Shown piece after piece: positions 16,133-29,906 of a stretch of DNA of 64,000 bases (the first letter of the stretch is position 1; the number at the start of each line of letters is the position of its first letter). The DNA is taken from NCBI RefSeq assembly GCF_009914755.1, contig NC_060925.1. One strand, written 5' to 3'. Source of the stretch: the human T2T-CHM13v2.0 reference genome, Homo sapiens. The notes below the pieces were generated by a model, which did no database searches, was not told where the DNA came from, and was given only the letters and a program-made list of their open reading frames with translations. A program made the position numbers and the translations under genes.

Positions 16133-16727
16133 CAGTGTGGCGATTCCTCAAGGATCTAGAACCAGAAATACCATTTGGCCCAGCAATCCCATTACTGAGT
16201 ATATACCCAAAGGATTATAAATCATTCTGCTATAAGGACACATGCACATGTGTGTTTACTTCAGCACTATTTACAGTAGGAAAGACTTGGAACCAACCCA
16301 AATGCCCAACGGTGATAGACTGGATAAAGAAAATGTGGCATGTATACACGATGGAATAGTATGCAGCCATAAAAAAGAATGAGTTAATGTCCTTTGCAGG
16401 GACATGGATGAAACTGGAAGCCATCATTCTCAGCAAACTAACACAGGAACAGAAAACCAAACACGGCATGTTCTCACTCATAAGTGGGAGTTGAACAATG
16501 AGAACACATGGACACAGGGAGGGGAACATCACACACTGGGGCCTGTCAGGGGGTGGGGGGAAAGGGGAGGGAGAGCATTAGGATGAATACCTAATGCACG
16601 TGGGGCTTAAAACCTGGATGACGGGTTGATAGGTGCAGCAAACCACCATGGCACATGTATACCTATGAAACAAACCTGCACATTCTGCACATGTATCCCA
16701 AAACTTAAAAGCAAAATTTAAAAAAAA
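16133..16727 (+). mobile_element. L1PA 3' end (ORF2 C-terminus and 3' UTR)
   Basis: ORF 16135-16359 WRFLKDLEPEIPF...WNQPKCP; G-rich UTR; aaaaattt on both flanks. Confidence 0.92.
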
Positions 16728-17014
16728 TTTATGTATTTCACATAGCATTCAGGGTGGTAATACCATACAGAGAGGCAAATTGGTTCTATTTGAAGATCAT
16801 TCAACTTGGTGACTTATATATGGAGAATTTCAAATATGTTCTAAGTGTTCGCCTATATATTTTTGGTCTGACATGGGGAGAGAAGGTTTCTAGGGGAGAC
16901 TAATCTCTGAGCACTTACCAGGAGAGGACACCTAAGGGTCACTGTTGGGAAGAAGTCCAATAGTTCTTTGTTGGACTGTTGGGCTGCTAGTCTCATACTC
17001 TCCAACCAAGGTTG

Positions 17015-17240
17015 GAGACCATCCTGGCTAACACGGTGAAATCCCATCTCTACTAAAAATGCAAAAAATTAGCTGGGCGTGGTGGCACGCACCTGTAATC
17101 CCAGTTACTCAGGAGGCTGAGGCAGGAGAATGGCCTGAAACCAGGAGGCAGAGCTTGCAGTGAGCCAAGATTGCACCACTGCACTCCAGCCTGAGCGACA
17201 GAGCGAGACTGTGTCTCCAAAAAAAAAAAAAAAAAGAAAA
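17015..17240 (+). mobile_element. 5'-truncated AluY
   Basis: gagaccatcctggctaacacggtgaaa...gcagagcttgcagtgagc, A tail. Confidence 0.88.
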
Positions 17241-20200
17241 TGGAGCTGCCTAAATTCTGTCCCTGGCTACTTGTTAATTGTTGATAGGATGGAATGCTTA
17301 TGGATACAGTTCTGGGTATGTCCCTCAGATGTCTTTCCTGTTTTGAGGGAAACAAACTCCTTGAGAGAAAGAAAAAATTTGGTGAGGCCATCCTTTTGGG
17401 AGATCAAGATGAACAACAAAACTTGTATAAAGAGAGTGATTCCCTACCTCAGCAAAAGTAATATTAGCATATTTAGGAGTGGCAGGGTCAACATAAGTGG
17501 ACAAAGAAAAAGCAAGAACAATATCAAGGCAGCCATGTCAATCATTCTACAGTGCTTTGCCAGCCTCCACAGAATTTTAAGCAAAATTTTATGCAAAAAT
17601 AATGTGTACCTAGCAGAGCTTTCAGTGTATTTTCACCAACCTTACCTTTTTTTCTGTGGAGAAAGAAGATGATCTAGCTTGTTCAGTAAATATTATTTTC
17701 ACAAAATAGAAAATAAATATTAAAACACTTAGAAGATTTATAAAAATTCTATCAGGCATGCAGGGCATGTGATTATCTTTTTATTCATGCGATTGCTTAG
17801 TGGATTAAGAAAAGAAAGTTGAAGCCAAATTCCTTTTACAGGGCCAGCGTGGGGGTGAGTGGTGAGTGGTGGGATGGGAACTGGTAGAAAGTGTTTTAAA
17901 ATAGAAGGAATCTGACTATCTGTTTAGACAGCATAATGCTACTGATTCAGCTAAAATATAATGATTGTTTATAGAAATTATAAAAATCCTTGATAAGATC
18001 ACATTGACAGATGAAGATAACTACTTTTGAAGATTAGTTTTGTACTCAGCTCCACTGTTTTTTCTCACTGTTAGGAGCCTAAGTACCCTATCAGTCTGTG
18101 ATTAGATTTTGATGCCAGATTAGGAGAACGTGTATAATCTTGCATAAAACTCAATTATTGCTGTTAAATAACTACTGTCAAATCTTAATAAAGCCCTCTC
18201 ACTACAGGGAGATAAGATATTTTATTCTTTCCCTTGTCCTACTGGGAGGTGTAAATATGTAATTAAATTTGATGTCATTAATCACTTTCAAGTTGTTTGC
18301 TTCAGACTTTCAAATATAAACCATTCTAAATCCCAATTTGATTAAAGATCATGGACAACTCAAGTTCACTAGGATTCTGGGGGTAGGTTAGGTTATGATT
18401 TGTATAATTGACAAAATATGTATTTTAAGGACATTTATTGTAGTTATTTAAAATCTTTGTCTGCTGGTTCTTAACATCTGGGTTGTCTATGGATGTGTTT
18501 CTGTTTCTATCACCTGCTCCTTCTTTGGACCATGGGTATGACTTCCCTTTACTTTACACATGTATGGTAGTTTTACATTACTTACTGGACATTGTGGGTG
18601 ATAGATTTTAAAGTTTATCTCCCACTAAAGAATGTTGAATTTTGTCAAGATTGGCAGATCATCTTGATCCTATGGATGCTAGGTTTTAGGACACGTTAGG
18701 GTGGGCCTACTTCTGTTCTGCCCTTAGTCCGATGACACAAATCTTAGTCATGGGATAGGGCTCTTATTCCCAAGATGTGACCCTTCTAGGGGTTCAGTGG
18801 AAAGTGTGAGGGGCCTACCAAGCCCTGAGGTGTTCATTAAGCCCCTCTAAGGCAGAACTTGTCCTCCCAGCCCCAGGAGCCTTCTGCTCAGTCTTTTCAG
18901 CCGTCCAGCTCTTACTTTCTCTTGGGTTTCTGAATCTTATCTTGCTCATGCATAGTCAGGAATTATTTAAGGATTTGAGCAGAGTTGTATGCATACTTTG
19001 AAGCTACCCACTCTGTGGTTCTGTCTTTTCCAGGAATTTTTCTCCTCATATTCTAGCTGCTGTGACAGCTCCAGATACCTCTGACTCCTCAGTATCGCAG
19101 GACTTCCGTTTTCTGCTTGCACACTCTTCCTCTTCTGCTGCATGAACTGGGGTGTACCTTCACGATAAAAAAAAAAACAAAAACAAAACTGTAAATGTGG
19201 GTTTCATATAGTTTGCTTCGCTTTTTCTGAGGCTTATATCCCTTCTAGTTTATGCCTGCTTTCAGTGATTCTCCAGTGCCTTTGATATTTTGTCCAGAGC
19301 AAGAGGGCTAGTCTGATATAAGTTACTCTGCAATTATTTTTAATGATGAAAATTGGAAATATAAAGGGGCCTTTCAGAATTTCATACATACCACTTGGTA
19401 AATATCTAACATAGTGTTTGTAAAACAGCAGAAAGTCACCGTGAGTTGTATACGTTCCTGTAGATGGGTGCTTGCATTTGAGAATGTCCACTTTTTGCTA
19501 AAGTGCTGATCTAAAAACTACACTTTAAGGTAAATTATTATAAATATAAAGTGTTATAAAATATAACTTTGTGTCACATTTTGTCTAAAACTTGTCTGCT
19601 AGCTGTAATAAACATTAAACATTAACAGCTAACAATTCTCCTTGCCAGGATTAGGCAGTCATGTTGGTGGTCCAGATTTCCTGAATCCATCCAAGAAAAA
19701 CTAGAGCCATTGCCTTCTTTGTCTTCTTGGTAAATGTCTGTATAGTAAGTAGAGAGTAGAGACACTCATAATCCCTTAGAACTTAGCTTTTTATGGAGGA
19801 TGCATTCGCAATGTTTCTGTTGTGGTGCTTCTCCCCCAAAAAGGCGTTTTCAGAAGTCATGGCTGACTCAGCATTTCCCCCTTTCCTTCACCTTCTTGTG
19901 AGTGCATTCAGGGAGGCACAGGGGCATTGTCAGATCAAAGAAATAGACAGGGAAAAATATCAACTGTTAAATTACTTTCTCTTTCGTCTCAGCTGAAACT
20001 GGTTCTGCCAGCCTAGTTCCTTCAAGTACGGTGCCTATTTAGCTGAACATTGTGTATATAGTTTTTCTGGAAAATGATAGCAGAAGCTTGGCCAGTTTTC
20101 CATAGTTCATTTATCTTTTTAACATAAAACAAAGAATGCTGTTTTTTTGGCTCATTAAATACCTCTCATAGAGTAATCTTTTCTTAAAATGTAATATGTT

Positions 20201-20713
20201 CAGGTTTTATTAATTCAAGAGTTATTTATTGCATGCTATTTATGCGTACCACATATAATAGATAACTCAAGTCTGTGGTAGTAGTTGCAGTTAATCAATA
20301 TTGTTATCATATTATTTCACACTTCTTTGGGAAGTCATAAAATAATTACCAGTTCATTAACTTGGGCTTCTTAGAGAGGTTCAGAGTAAAGCCAAGTATG
20401 AAAAAAACTGACTATAATGTGGCCTTCTGTACAGGGGCCACCAGTGAATGGCAGGGCTGGGACCATGATGAGGCAAGTAAGGCACAGGCCTCTCTTGTGA
20501 AATTTAAGAGAGTGCCAAAAAACTCACTAATCAAAATAATGTTTGTATGTAGTTGTTCAAAAAATCAAAATTAATGCAAAATAAGTTGAAAATTATCAAA
20601 ATTTTAAATAAGGAGATCAGTAGTACTGATTTTTTCTTTTGCCTTATGACCTAGTATGGTTCAGCCTGCACTGGTGAGTGGAGTAAGGGTCCTGGAAGAT
20701 CCTTGACTGGTGA

Positions 20714-21032
<319 letters not shown>

Positions 21033-22054
21033 GAGGACATAGGTTTTTTTATGCCAGATAGACTTAAGTTTGAGTCCTGATTCCTATTAACAATTGGATC
21101 TTTGGCAAGTTAAAGTCTATAATGCTAGCTAACATTATTGCGTATTAGGGTCTGTTCTCAAGTAGTTTACATGTATTTACTTTAGTCCTCATGTGAGAGA
21201 GAGACTATATGGAAGCTAAGAGAAGTTAAATAATTCACTCAAGATCCCATCACTCTGTAGCTAACCTGAGATATACTCGTGGAAAATGTACTGTCACGTT
21301 GAGTCTCAGTTTGCCTGTCAATAAAATGGGACAGAATTACCTGTTTTAAGTTGGTAGTTCAAATGGAACCTTCTGAAAAGGAAGTGTGGAACATTTGAAA
21401 GTATACAAAAAGGGGACTTTTCAGATCAGGAATATGATTAAAACACTGCTTTATGTAATTTCTAAATTTAAAGACAGTAGCATTAGGTAGGCCTGAGTAC
21501 CTCATATCATTCTAGAACACTAAATCTGCATATAGTTACATGAGTGTACATGGGCCAGGTTTGGTGAATACTGCATTTCTGAGAAATGGCCTTTAACATG
21601 AAAGCTCAATGTAATAACTGTGGATGAAATAGAAGAAGAGGGCAGTGAAGGTGGGGATAGAGGATATTGTCTATTAAAGTGTGCTTCAGTAGAGAGAACT
21701 AATTTGAAACTTCTCCTTTCTTTTTACTAATGGAACAGGAGCAAGTCCAGACAGATTTATGCAGTTGTGAAATTGAGACAGGTTAAATTCAGTGATTTTT
21801 GATAAATGTTGTTGCCAGCACAAAAGTCACAAGTTGTTGAATATGGCACCTTACATTTGCATAGTGAGTTACAGATGCATAGGAGTATGTCCTGTGAGGC
21901 TTTTCCTTGTATTAGGACTTGAGATCTGGACCCTTTAACAGTACCATTCCTAAGTGATTCTTATTAATACTTATGTCCTATTAAAATCCTTTATCAAATA
22001 TGATGTTTCCCTAAGGGGTCTTTTGTAAAGGAAGTCTTGGTTACTAGCATCTCC

Positions 22055-22285
22055 ATCTGTGGCCCAGGCTTGAGTGCAGTAGAGCAATCATGGATCACTG
22101 CAGCCTCCACCTCCTAGGCTCAAGCCATCCATCCTCCTGCCTCAGTCTCCCATTTTTAAAACTTTTTATAGAGACACGGTCTCACATGTTGCTCAGGCTG
22201 GTCTCGAATTCCTGGGCTCAAGTGATCCTCCCACTTCTGCCTCCCAAAAGGCTGGAATTACAGGCCTGAACCACTGTGCCTGGCC
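22055..22285 (-). mobile_element. Partial AluJ
   Basis: gatcactgcagcctccacctcctaggctcaagc, J-type motifs. Confidence 0.8.
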
Positions 22286-25200
22286 AGTTAGTAGCTTCTT
22301 AACACATAGCAACATAATTTCCATACTATTTTCAACTAATTTTTATTCTTTCAGTTGGGACCTTTATATATTTCAGTGTTCAGTGAAGAAGTAGGAGAAT
22401 CTGGTTCTTAGGCTCTGCCTATATCCTTTTACCTGTCTTGGGTAACTGCCAAGAAATTAAATCAACAAATTTTGGCCTGCAGTCTGGCATTAATAGATGT
22501 GAATTTAGCTAGGTTTCTTTCAACACAGTCTCCAGGTCAATCGTAATCTTATGTGAAGTTTCTTATTCAGGCATGTCTCGTTAGCACCATTAATTTCACA
22601 CAGGAATTCTTTTTTTCTCCCTTTTTTTGTGACTAAGCAAAATGAGAAATATTTCTCTTTCAGGATATGGAGAGGCTTAATTAAATTCTTTAATTTTGTC
22701 TACATCTGCCCTTATGAATGATAGCAAAGGAATGGGGGATATCAGAATATGAGAAAAAGTAATCATCTAAAAATTTCCAAGCACTTTAAAATTTATTAAG
22801 CTAGCATAAATATGTGGGTGTGATAGAGGTTTTCATTAGGCCTCCTCTCAACATACAGTAGTTAGGAATGAAGTTTAGTGTCTCTCCGTCCTCCTGTCAT
22901 ATGTGTGTATGCACACGTGTGCACATGCGACTGTGTTATGCATTTTGTTTTCATATTTCTTTTAGTTGGGTTTTACCTTACAACCCAACGTAAGGTAAAT
23001 TAAAATTTCTATTGGATTTCCGCACATTTTCTAGATCCTATTTATTCACTGTCAGTGACCTTCACTAGCACTTAGTCCTCTGAGTCCAAAAATGTATTGC
23101 CAATTCTTAGACTCCATCAGCCTTCTCCTATGAAAAAGTAATGCAGTTAATTTCTGCTCGAAATGCTCTTCTCCTAAACAGTCTTCTACTTGATCTTTAT
23201 GAAAAGAGTTTTATGAAAGAAAAGTGAAAATAAAGACTAAGAAAGACATTATTTAAGTGATGGGTGATATTATTCAGTGAACACATTCAACTATAGCATT
23301 CTATCCAGTTTTTTGCCTTCACGTAAATATGAGGAGAAAGGTAGGTGTTAATAAGAAAATAATCTGATTAGGATTTATGTAGAATGGTAGCATTTAGGGT
23401 ATTAAATCTGTATAGATTCAGGTCATTTTCCTGCAGTCACTGTCTATAATCCTGTGTGCTGAACACTGAAAGTTAGATGGACTCTGAAGCGCTATAGAAT
23501 CCTCACTTTTCAAACAAAAGTTTAATTTTTATCACACTAGTATTTATTGAGCAGGCTACTATAACTGATCACTGTACTGGGTATTGTGAATAGACAGAAA
23601 AGCCCAAGAGGCCTGTGTTACCTGACTTCTTTATTCACAAGTATACGTACCCAGAGACTGTCTGACAGTGAATGCAGTTTCTCCTGCATAAGACATGGTG
23701 GCAGTCTTCTGAAGTCTTGCTGGGGAGATGAAGCATACAGAGATGTGTAAAATAAAACAGTTTGTAATATCCCAGTGTAGGGGCACAGATAATAACTATG
23801 GACACTCAGACAAAGGAACAAGTACTGTGGGACAAAAGAGTAAAATCAGAGGACTTTTGGTGCACTGCTTAGATCCTAAATCTTTGAATATTAGTGGTGC
23901 CTTAGAAGATGGATAGGTAGGAGAAGGGTGAGAGGAAGGGAGCTGAGGAGACTAGAAGGGACTGTTATTTCCTGGAATAATCATTACCAATTTCTTCATC
24001 ACGTTTTCTTAATGACACGGTTTCAAACGTTTTCTTCATCTTGATTGCTGTCTTCTGTGTATATGCTGGTTTGCGTGAGGTTTTACTAAACCAGTATGTG
24101 GATTAATCTAGTTTCACAGTGACAGGTAAGTGATTTAGAAAATCATTCCTTTAGCACATGTTAACTTGAACGTTTGGAGGTAGAATGCCTAGAGTGAGGG
24201 TGAAGGAGAGGACCTGGGGACAGGAAGAGAGGGCAGCTGGGAGCAATTATGCTCCTTCCCTCAGACCTTTTTGGCCTTGACTCTTGATTCTTGTACTTCT
24301 ACCAGACAGAGAGGCGGTAGGCTTGTGGCCATGTTTTGCGAGGAAAATCAGAATCTAAGAATCTCTAAGGCAAGAGCAAGAATGGATTGGGATAGGGGAA
24401 GTGATAGGAAAACAGAGGCACTAAGAAGAGGGTTGGTTTTCATGTACTGCATAGTTCATTCCCTTAGTTGAGAAATCAGGTATCTCAACCTCAGATATCT
24501 TCTGTCCAGCATATCGCTGGCCAGATCTGATTCATATGAGGGATCCAGAGTAAGGAAGCATCTGTTAGCCAAGTCTTTGGTTACCCCAAATTAGCTCAGG
24601 TCCTTTACTGCTTGTTTCCTCTGATTATATAGTACATATCCAAACCCTCAATTTTCCAGAATAAACTAGGTCTGCCTATTCTGTGTGGAAAACATTTGAT
24701 GGTGGTTAAGATTCTCTTGCCTAGACGATGGTAGTGCCTTAGTCGTTTAACTGCCTGTCACTTTAAGATTTTGAAATACTGGTTCTTGTTGTGTAAGCCA
24801 GACACATCTTGAGAATATTTTACGGGGCAACTTGCCCTTTCTGAAACCTCAGTCATCCTGAAAAGTAACTCTGTACCTCCTTGACTTTAATTTTTCTGTC
24901 TTAATTCTATTTGTATACAATGTTTGTGGTGTCTGATTCTCTGTCTCGTATTGCTGAAACTCATGGCCTTGAATTTCTGGGTCACTCTTAAAAAATAGAC
25001 ATAACTTGATTACTAATGAAAAAGTGACTCATTTTCTTCCAGGCAAAGGCTGACACTGACTGTCACAGTTTGTGACAGAAGCAGACTCTCTAATTAGGAG
25101 ACATCACCTATTCTTTTCTAAATTTTATAAGAATTGATGATAGCATCATGAGATGGGAAGTGAGTAAGATAAGCGTTTATGCTTGTAGAGAGGATGCATA

Positions 25201-28200
25201 AAAATGAAATCTGGATAAAGTTCTATCTGAATTTACCTTTTTAAGTGGTTGATTCCCTGTGAGCTTAAATTTAGTGCTTCTCTTCCCAGACCGTTGTCTT
25301 ACATACACACTTCAGTCAGTTTTAGCCTTGTATAACTAATCAGCAGGTCAGATTCCATCGAGGCTGAAATACCTACCACCATTCTATGCTCAAGAAAACA
25401 GGCTCTCATGTTGGCCAGTTGTTTGGGATAGAAGATGGTTAGACCTTTCTATCCTTTTTAAACACAAGATTCTTTTTCATTCCCCTTATCTTGTTTAAAT
25501 ATATTGTTCCTTCTCTTTGGTTGTTCTTTGCTTTCTTATGCATCTGTGAGGGGCTAGCTGAAAGTGTGAGTTGTGGAACAATTCATTTACATAAGTGTAT
25601 ATTGAATTATCTGTGCACTTAGAGGGTGATGGGCACTGTGAGGGATATTAAAAAAGAGACACAGTACAGTTCTTACCCTAGGATCCCCTGCTTGGAGTGG
25701 GACAGTGGTCAAGACATATACAACCACAAACACCCAAACATTAACATCAACAAGCATCATTACATCCTTGGGTGGTATTGCCAAGGGACTTCAAAGGCCA
25801 AGATTATAGAGTCATCACACTTAGGAGGTCAAAGGGACTTTGGAAAGCACCTTTGTCACTCATTTTGTTTTATAAGTGAGGAGGCTGAGGTGTAATACAG
25901 CTAAGCGAATTAGCCTTTATTACATAACTCATTAGGATGTAGACTGGGACTAAGAGCTGTTTCTCCAGATCCCATTAGGCAATCTAAAGATTCTGCACTA
26001 TTTCTTTTTCATTTTTGGTATCCAAATAGGTACAGTTGTTTTTGATCTAGGAAAATCCTTTTAGACTAAACAGTAAGCTTTTTAAATTACTCTGCTTTTA
26101 GATATTTTTTGGACTTCAGAACTTTGAAGGTGGTCATCCACCAACATTGGGGAATGGAAAGAAGGCTCCAACACTTTTCTTTCTAGAGATCTTCTTTAAT
26201 TTTCAATGGCAGTCACTACAGAATCTAGCAGTTCATGCTATTGAGGCCACTTTGTAGGATTTTTTTTTTTTTTTAGTCAGGGCTCCAGGTCCCTGGTGGT
26301 TTATGTAGTCAGTCTTATCAACAACCGATGAAAGACCAATAAAAGTGCAAGAGGGAATGAGGACTGTGTGTGTGTATGTCTGCACATGCACACATGCCTC
26401 TCTGTGTGTGTTGGTTAACTTCATATTTGGTAGGTGGGAGGGAAGGTGATTAAAAAATAATCTACTTTGCATGGAGTTGGCCCAATTTGACTGATATAGG
26501 GGTGAGTGGGGGTTAAGAAGTAGTCTATATATCAGGAATCTTAATTAGTTTTGAAAATCCTTTAGGTAAATAGCTCAACCCAGTTGTTCCCAAACTTCAA
26601 GTGTATTTATAGGGTCTTTTTAAGGGGTAAAGATTCCACAGAGCCCTTCATTTTGACCTTTTGCTTCTGCACTGAATAGTCGAATGCCTTCTATATGCCA
26701 GTCATTGTGTTAGGCACTGGGAGTATGAGAATTAATAATTTTAGTCTGTTGACAGATAATCATAATAAGGGCTAATGAGTAACACAGGCTCAGGGTTATA
26801 AGAACAGAGGGGGTGTCAAGGCTGTTTTTCACAGGAAATAACATTTAAGTTGAGACAATGAAATTTTAGGGCTTAGCCATGAGAAGGTGGGGAAAAGCAT
26901 TTTGGGCTGACTGAACAGCGTGTACAGAGGTCTGGAAGTGAGAAGTAGTGTACTATAGCATTTTCTAGGAGCTGAAAGGCATTTAGCAAGAGTATAGCGC
27001 ATAAAGGAGAGAGCTTGAGATGAAACAATTTCTCAGTGTGTTGTTTGAATACAATGTATACTGTCAAAATCTAAGAATTCAAGAATCATTTAATATATCT
27101 TTATGTTTTACTAGTCATAAAAGCATATACATATATTTAAATATGGACAAGATACTGTTTAGTAGTTTAGAAAGTGATTTATGAGGATTGCAATCCCTTG
27201 CAATAACTCCACAGCCCATACCTTGGGAACAACTGAGCTAACTCATTCAGTTTTGTCCATTACATCGAAGGGTGTTTTTTGTAAACTCATATGTCTAGAA
27301 TGTGTTTGCCATGTTTTAATCACAAGTAGATATTTTCTCAGAGTCCAGTGCAGTGAAGTATGGTAAGATCCTGATTGTGTTCTGGAACACAGAGGAAAGA
27401 CCACCTTCTGTTATAGCAACAACACAAGTCTTTTAACACTGTGTGCCCCTTCCCAATCTTTCAAGTGATGATTGAAGAGACTAGGTGCTCAGCTCAGCCT
27501 TTGAGTTCTGATAAATGAGCCCAGACTGTAAACTGGAAGATAAGGATGTTTGTAAAGTTCTTGTATAAATAAAGCATGGTTTCTCATTGCAGTGGTTACT
27601 GATTTCATAGTCTGAGTGAAGATGAATGATGCTGTGAATCAACAGCTTTAAAGTCCGTACCACTTCAGCTTCTTTTTGGTTTAGGTTTCTTAAAATCAGT
27701 GTGTATTTAATGCTTTATTCAGATGAGGGGGTGAAAAACCTAACACATGTAAACTAAGTGAGGTGGGGTTTCAGAGATAATTCCCAGCCTCACAATTCCT
27801 CATGAAGTTCTTTTCCTGTGGGAAACTTTTAATTTGGAAGCATGCAACCTAATGTGGGAACCAAGATTAACATTTTCTGAAATACTTCTACAAGAAAAGC
27901 AGAAATGGTCTGTCCAGGAAGCTGAATTTACATAGTAGAAAAATGAGCTGCCCTGCAGTATTTGGTAGTCTTTGTGTATTGGTTGTGATAAAAGTGTGTA
28001 TGTGTGTGTGTACGTGTGTGAGAGTGAGAGATTGTATACTTGTCTTTGTTTCCTTCACATACAACTAGTAAGGCCCTAGAAAAACTACACTAGAAAGTGT
28101 GTTTTACCACAAGCGTCCCAGTTCTGGACACCAATCTATACACAAATACTTTTTTTTAAAGTTCTTTTTGTTTTTCCTTCTTGCTGAGTAAGCTATAGTA

Positions 28201-29166
28201 TTTCCTTTTTTTTCTTTCTTTTTATTTGAGAGAAGGGGGGGTTGAGAGTAGAGTGGGAATGGCAAGAAGTAGTATGACAGAGCTTCTTCTCTTTTTTTCC
28301 CCTCTTTACCAGGAAGTTAACTAGAAGTCTTCATGCATGTTTTTAAAACAAAGTTGGTAATTAGCATAACCTAGTTAGTTACCTTTACACAGAGTGACAG
28401 AATTAAAAAGTTGACAAGCCCATCAGACCTCAGCCAGGAGGTACTGAAAGGAGGGAGACCAGTGAGTCTAGACCAATAGGTGGGTTAGGCCTCCTGAATG
28501 CCAGCCTAGAAGTTTAGACTTGATTCTATAGGCTCTAGGGTACCTACAAGTTTGTAGTCGCAGCCTTGGGAATTGAATGTTACATAGGAACTTTCACTGG
28601 TTCCAGCTAGCCTTGGCTGTTAGCCATTATTTTTATCTACTTTAACAGGGGGGACAGAGTAGGGGGGCAGGAAACTAAGCTGGCATTATGGTCACAGGAA
28701 AGAACAGACTGATTTGGAGCCTTTCAAACTGCAGACCTTTGTTACTGACCGATGCTTAATTTGGTTTCTGGGTTTTGTTAGTTTTTTCCCCTGCCCTTAC
28801 CTCATTTACCTTAACGACAGCTCCCCCCTCTAGAGCTCAGCTAGGGCAGGCTGCCACTGTGGATTGGGGGGCCAAGAGGCCCAGTGCAAGAAGAAAGTGG
28901 GTTGAAAGCAGAGTTCTGTTTAAAGAATTTTCTGCTGGAAACTAGCCCAGAGGGAGTAAAGAGGAGCTTTAATGAGGAGCAGCTGCAGTGCCGACGCAAC
29001 CCACATGAGACTTTTTTTTCCCCTTCGTTCCACATTCTGTATAGCTTTTTTAAAAATCATGACTTTGAAATAGCTGTTTTGTAAAGCATGCCTCTCTTTT
29101 TCTTCTTGTATGTGGTGGGATTTTGCTTTGTTGTTGTTGTTGTTGTTTCTTGAATGGCCAAATCCT

Positions 29167-29200
<34 letters not shown>

Positions 29201-29771
29201 TAAAGACAGAGCTGCAGCAAAGCCCTGGATGCAATTTGGCCTCACCCTGCTGATACAGAACATTCGGTGGAGAAAACAAGGGGAGAGAACACTGGCTTTT
29301 ATTTGGAAAAGGGGCTTATTTCCTGCTCAGACTTCAGTCATCTTGGAGCTGACACAAGCTGCTACACTGTTTTAAGCTTTTCTGTAGACGAGTGGCTATT
29401 CACTTAGGAAACGTGAAAGAACAAATTTTTCTGTCCTGTATTACTAGAGAGACTGATCCTGAACTGCAGCCATTGCCAGATAGATTGGAATTGCTATTCA
29501 GATCCCAGCTTCGTTGAAATCTGTAAAGTGGCTACATGTAAACTAATCCAGGCTGCTAGTGAGATGTGAGGGTTGGGGTCTGGTTTTCATCTGCTTAAGT
29601 GAGAGGAAACTGTAGGGGTATCCTTCAAATGGAATGTTTTCTAGTTCCATTAGGAGGAATCCCTTGTTTTTCTCTGTTTTCTTCCTTCCTTTGCTTTTCT
29701 ACATCCAACCCCATGCGTATGTTTGAACAGTAACAATGGAAATGTGGACCTCTCAATGTCAGAAATGACAC

Positions 29772-29906
29772 TTTTTTTTTTTTGAGATGGGGTTCTCACC
29801 ATGTTGCCCGTATTGCCTAGGCAGGTCTCGAACTTCTGCTCTAGCAATCTGCTCGCCTTGGCCTCCCACAGTGCTGGGATTACAGGTGTGAGCCACTGTG
29901 CCCAGC
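29772..29906 (-). mobile_element. Alu monomer (FLAM-like)
   Basis: Single left arm with T tail. Confidence 0.8.

Noticed and set aside
16135-16359. L1 ORF2-like ORFs (also 44985-45227) as active LINE-1
   Set aside because: Only 0.5-0.6 kb 3' fragments, lacking promoter, ORF1, endonuclease and RT.
16549-16573. G-quadruplex-like G runs
   Set aside because: Standard L1 3' UTR G-rich tract, not locus-specific.
17160-17672. 170-aa ORF as a novel gene
   Set aside because: Starts in an Alu, crosses its A tail, no recognisable domain or exon structure; the same applies to 59569-60123, 4552-4959 and 52164-52587.
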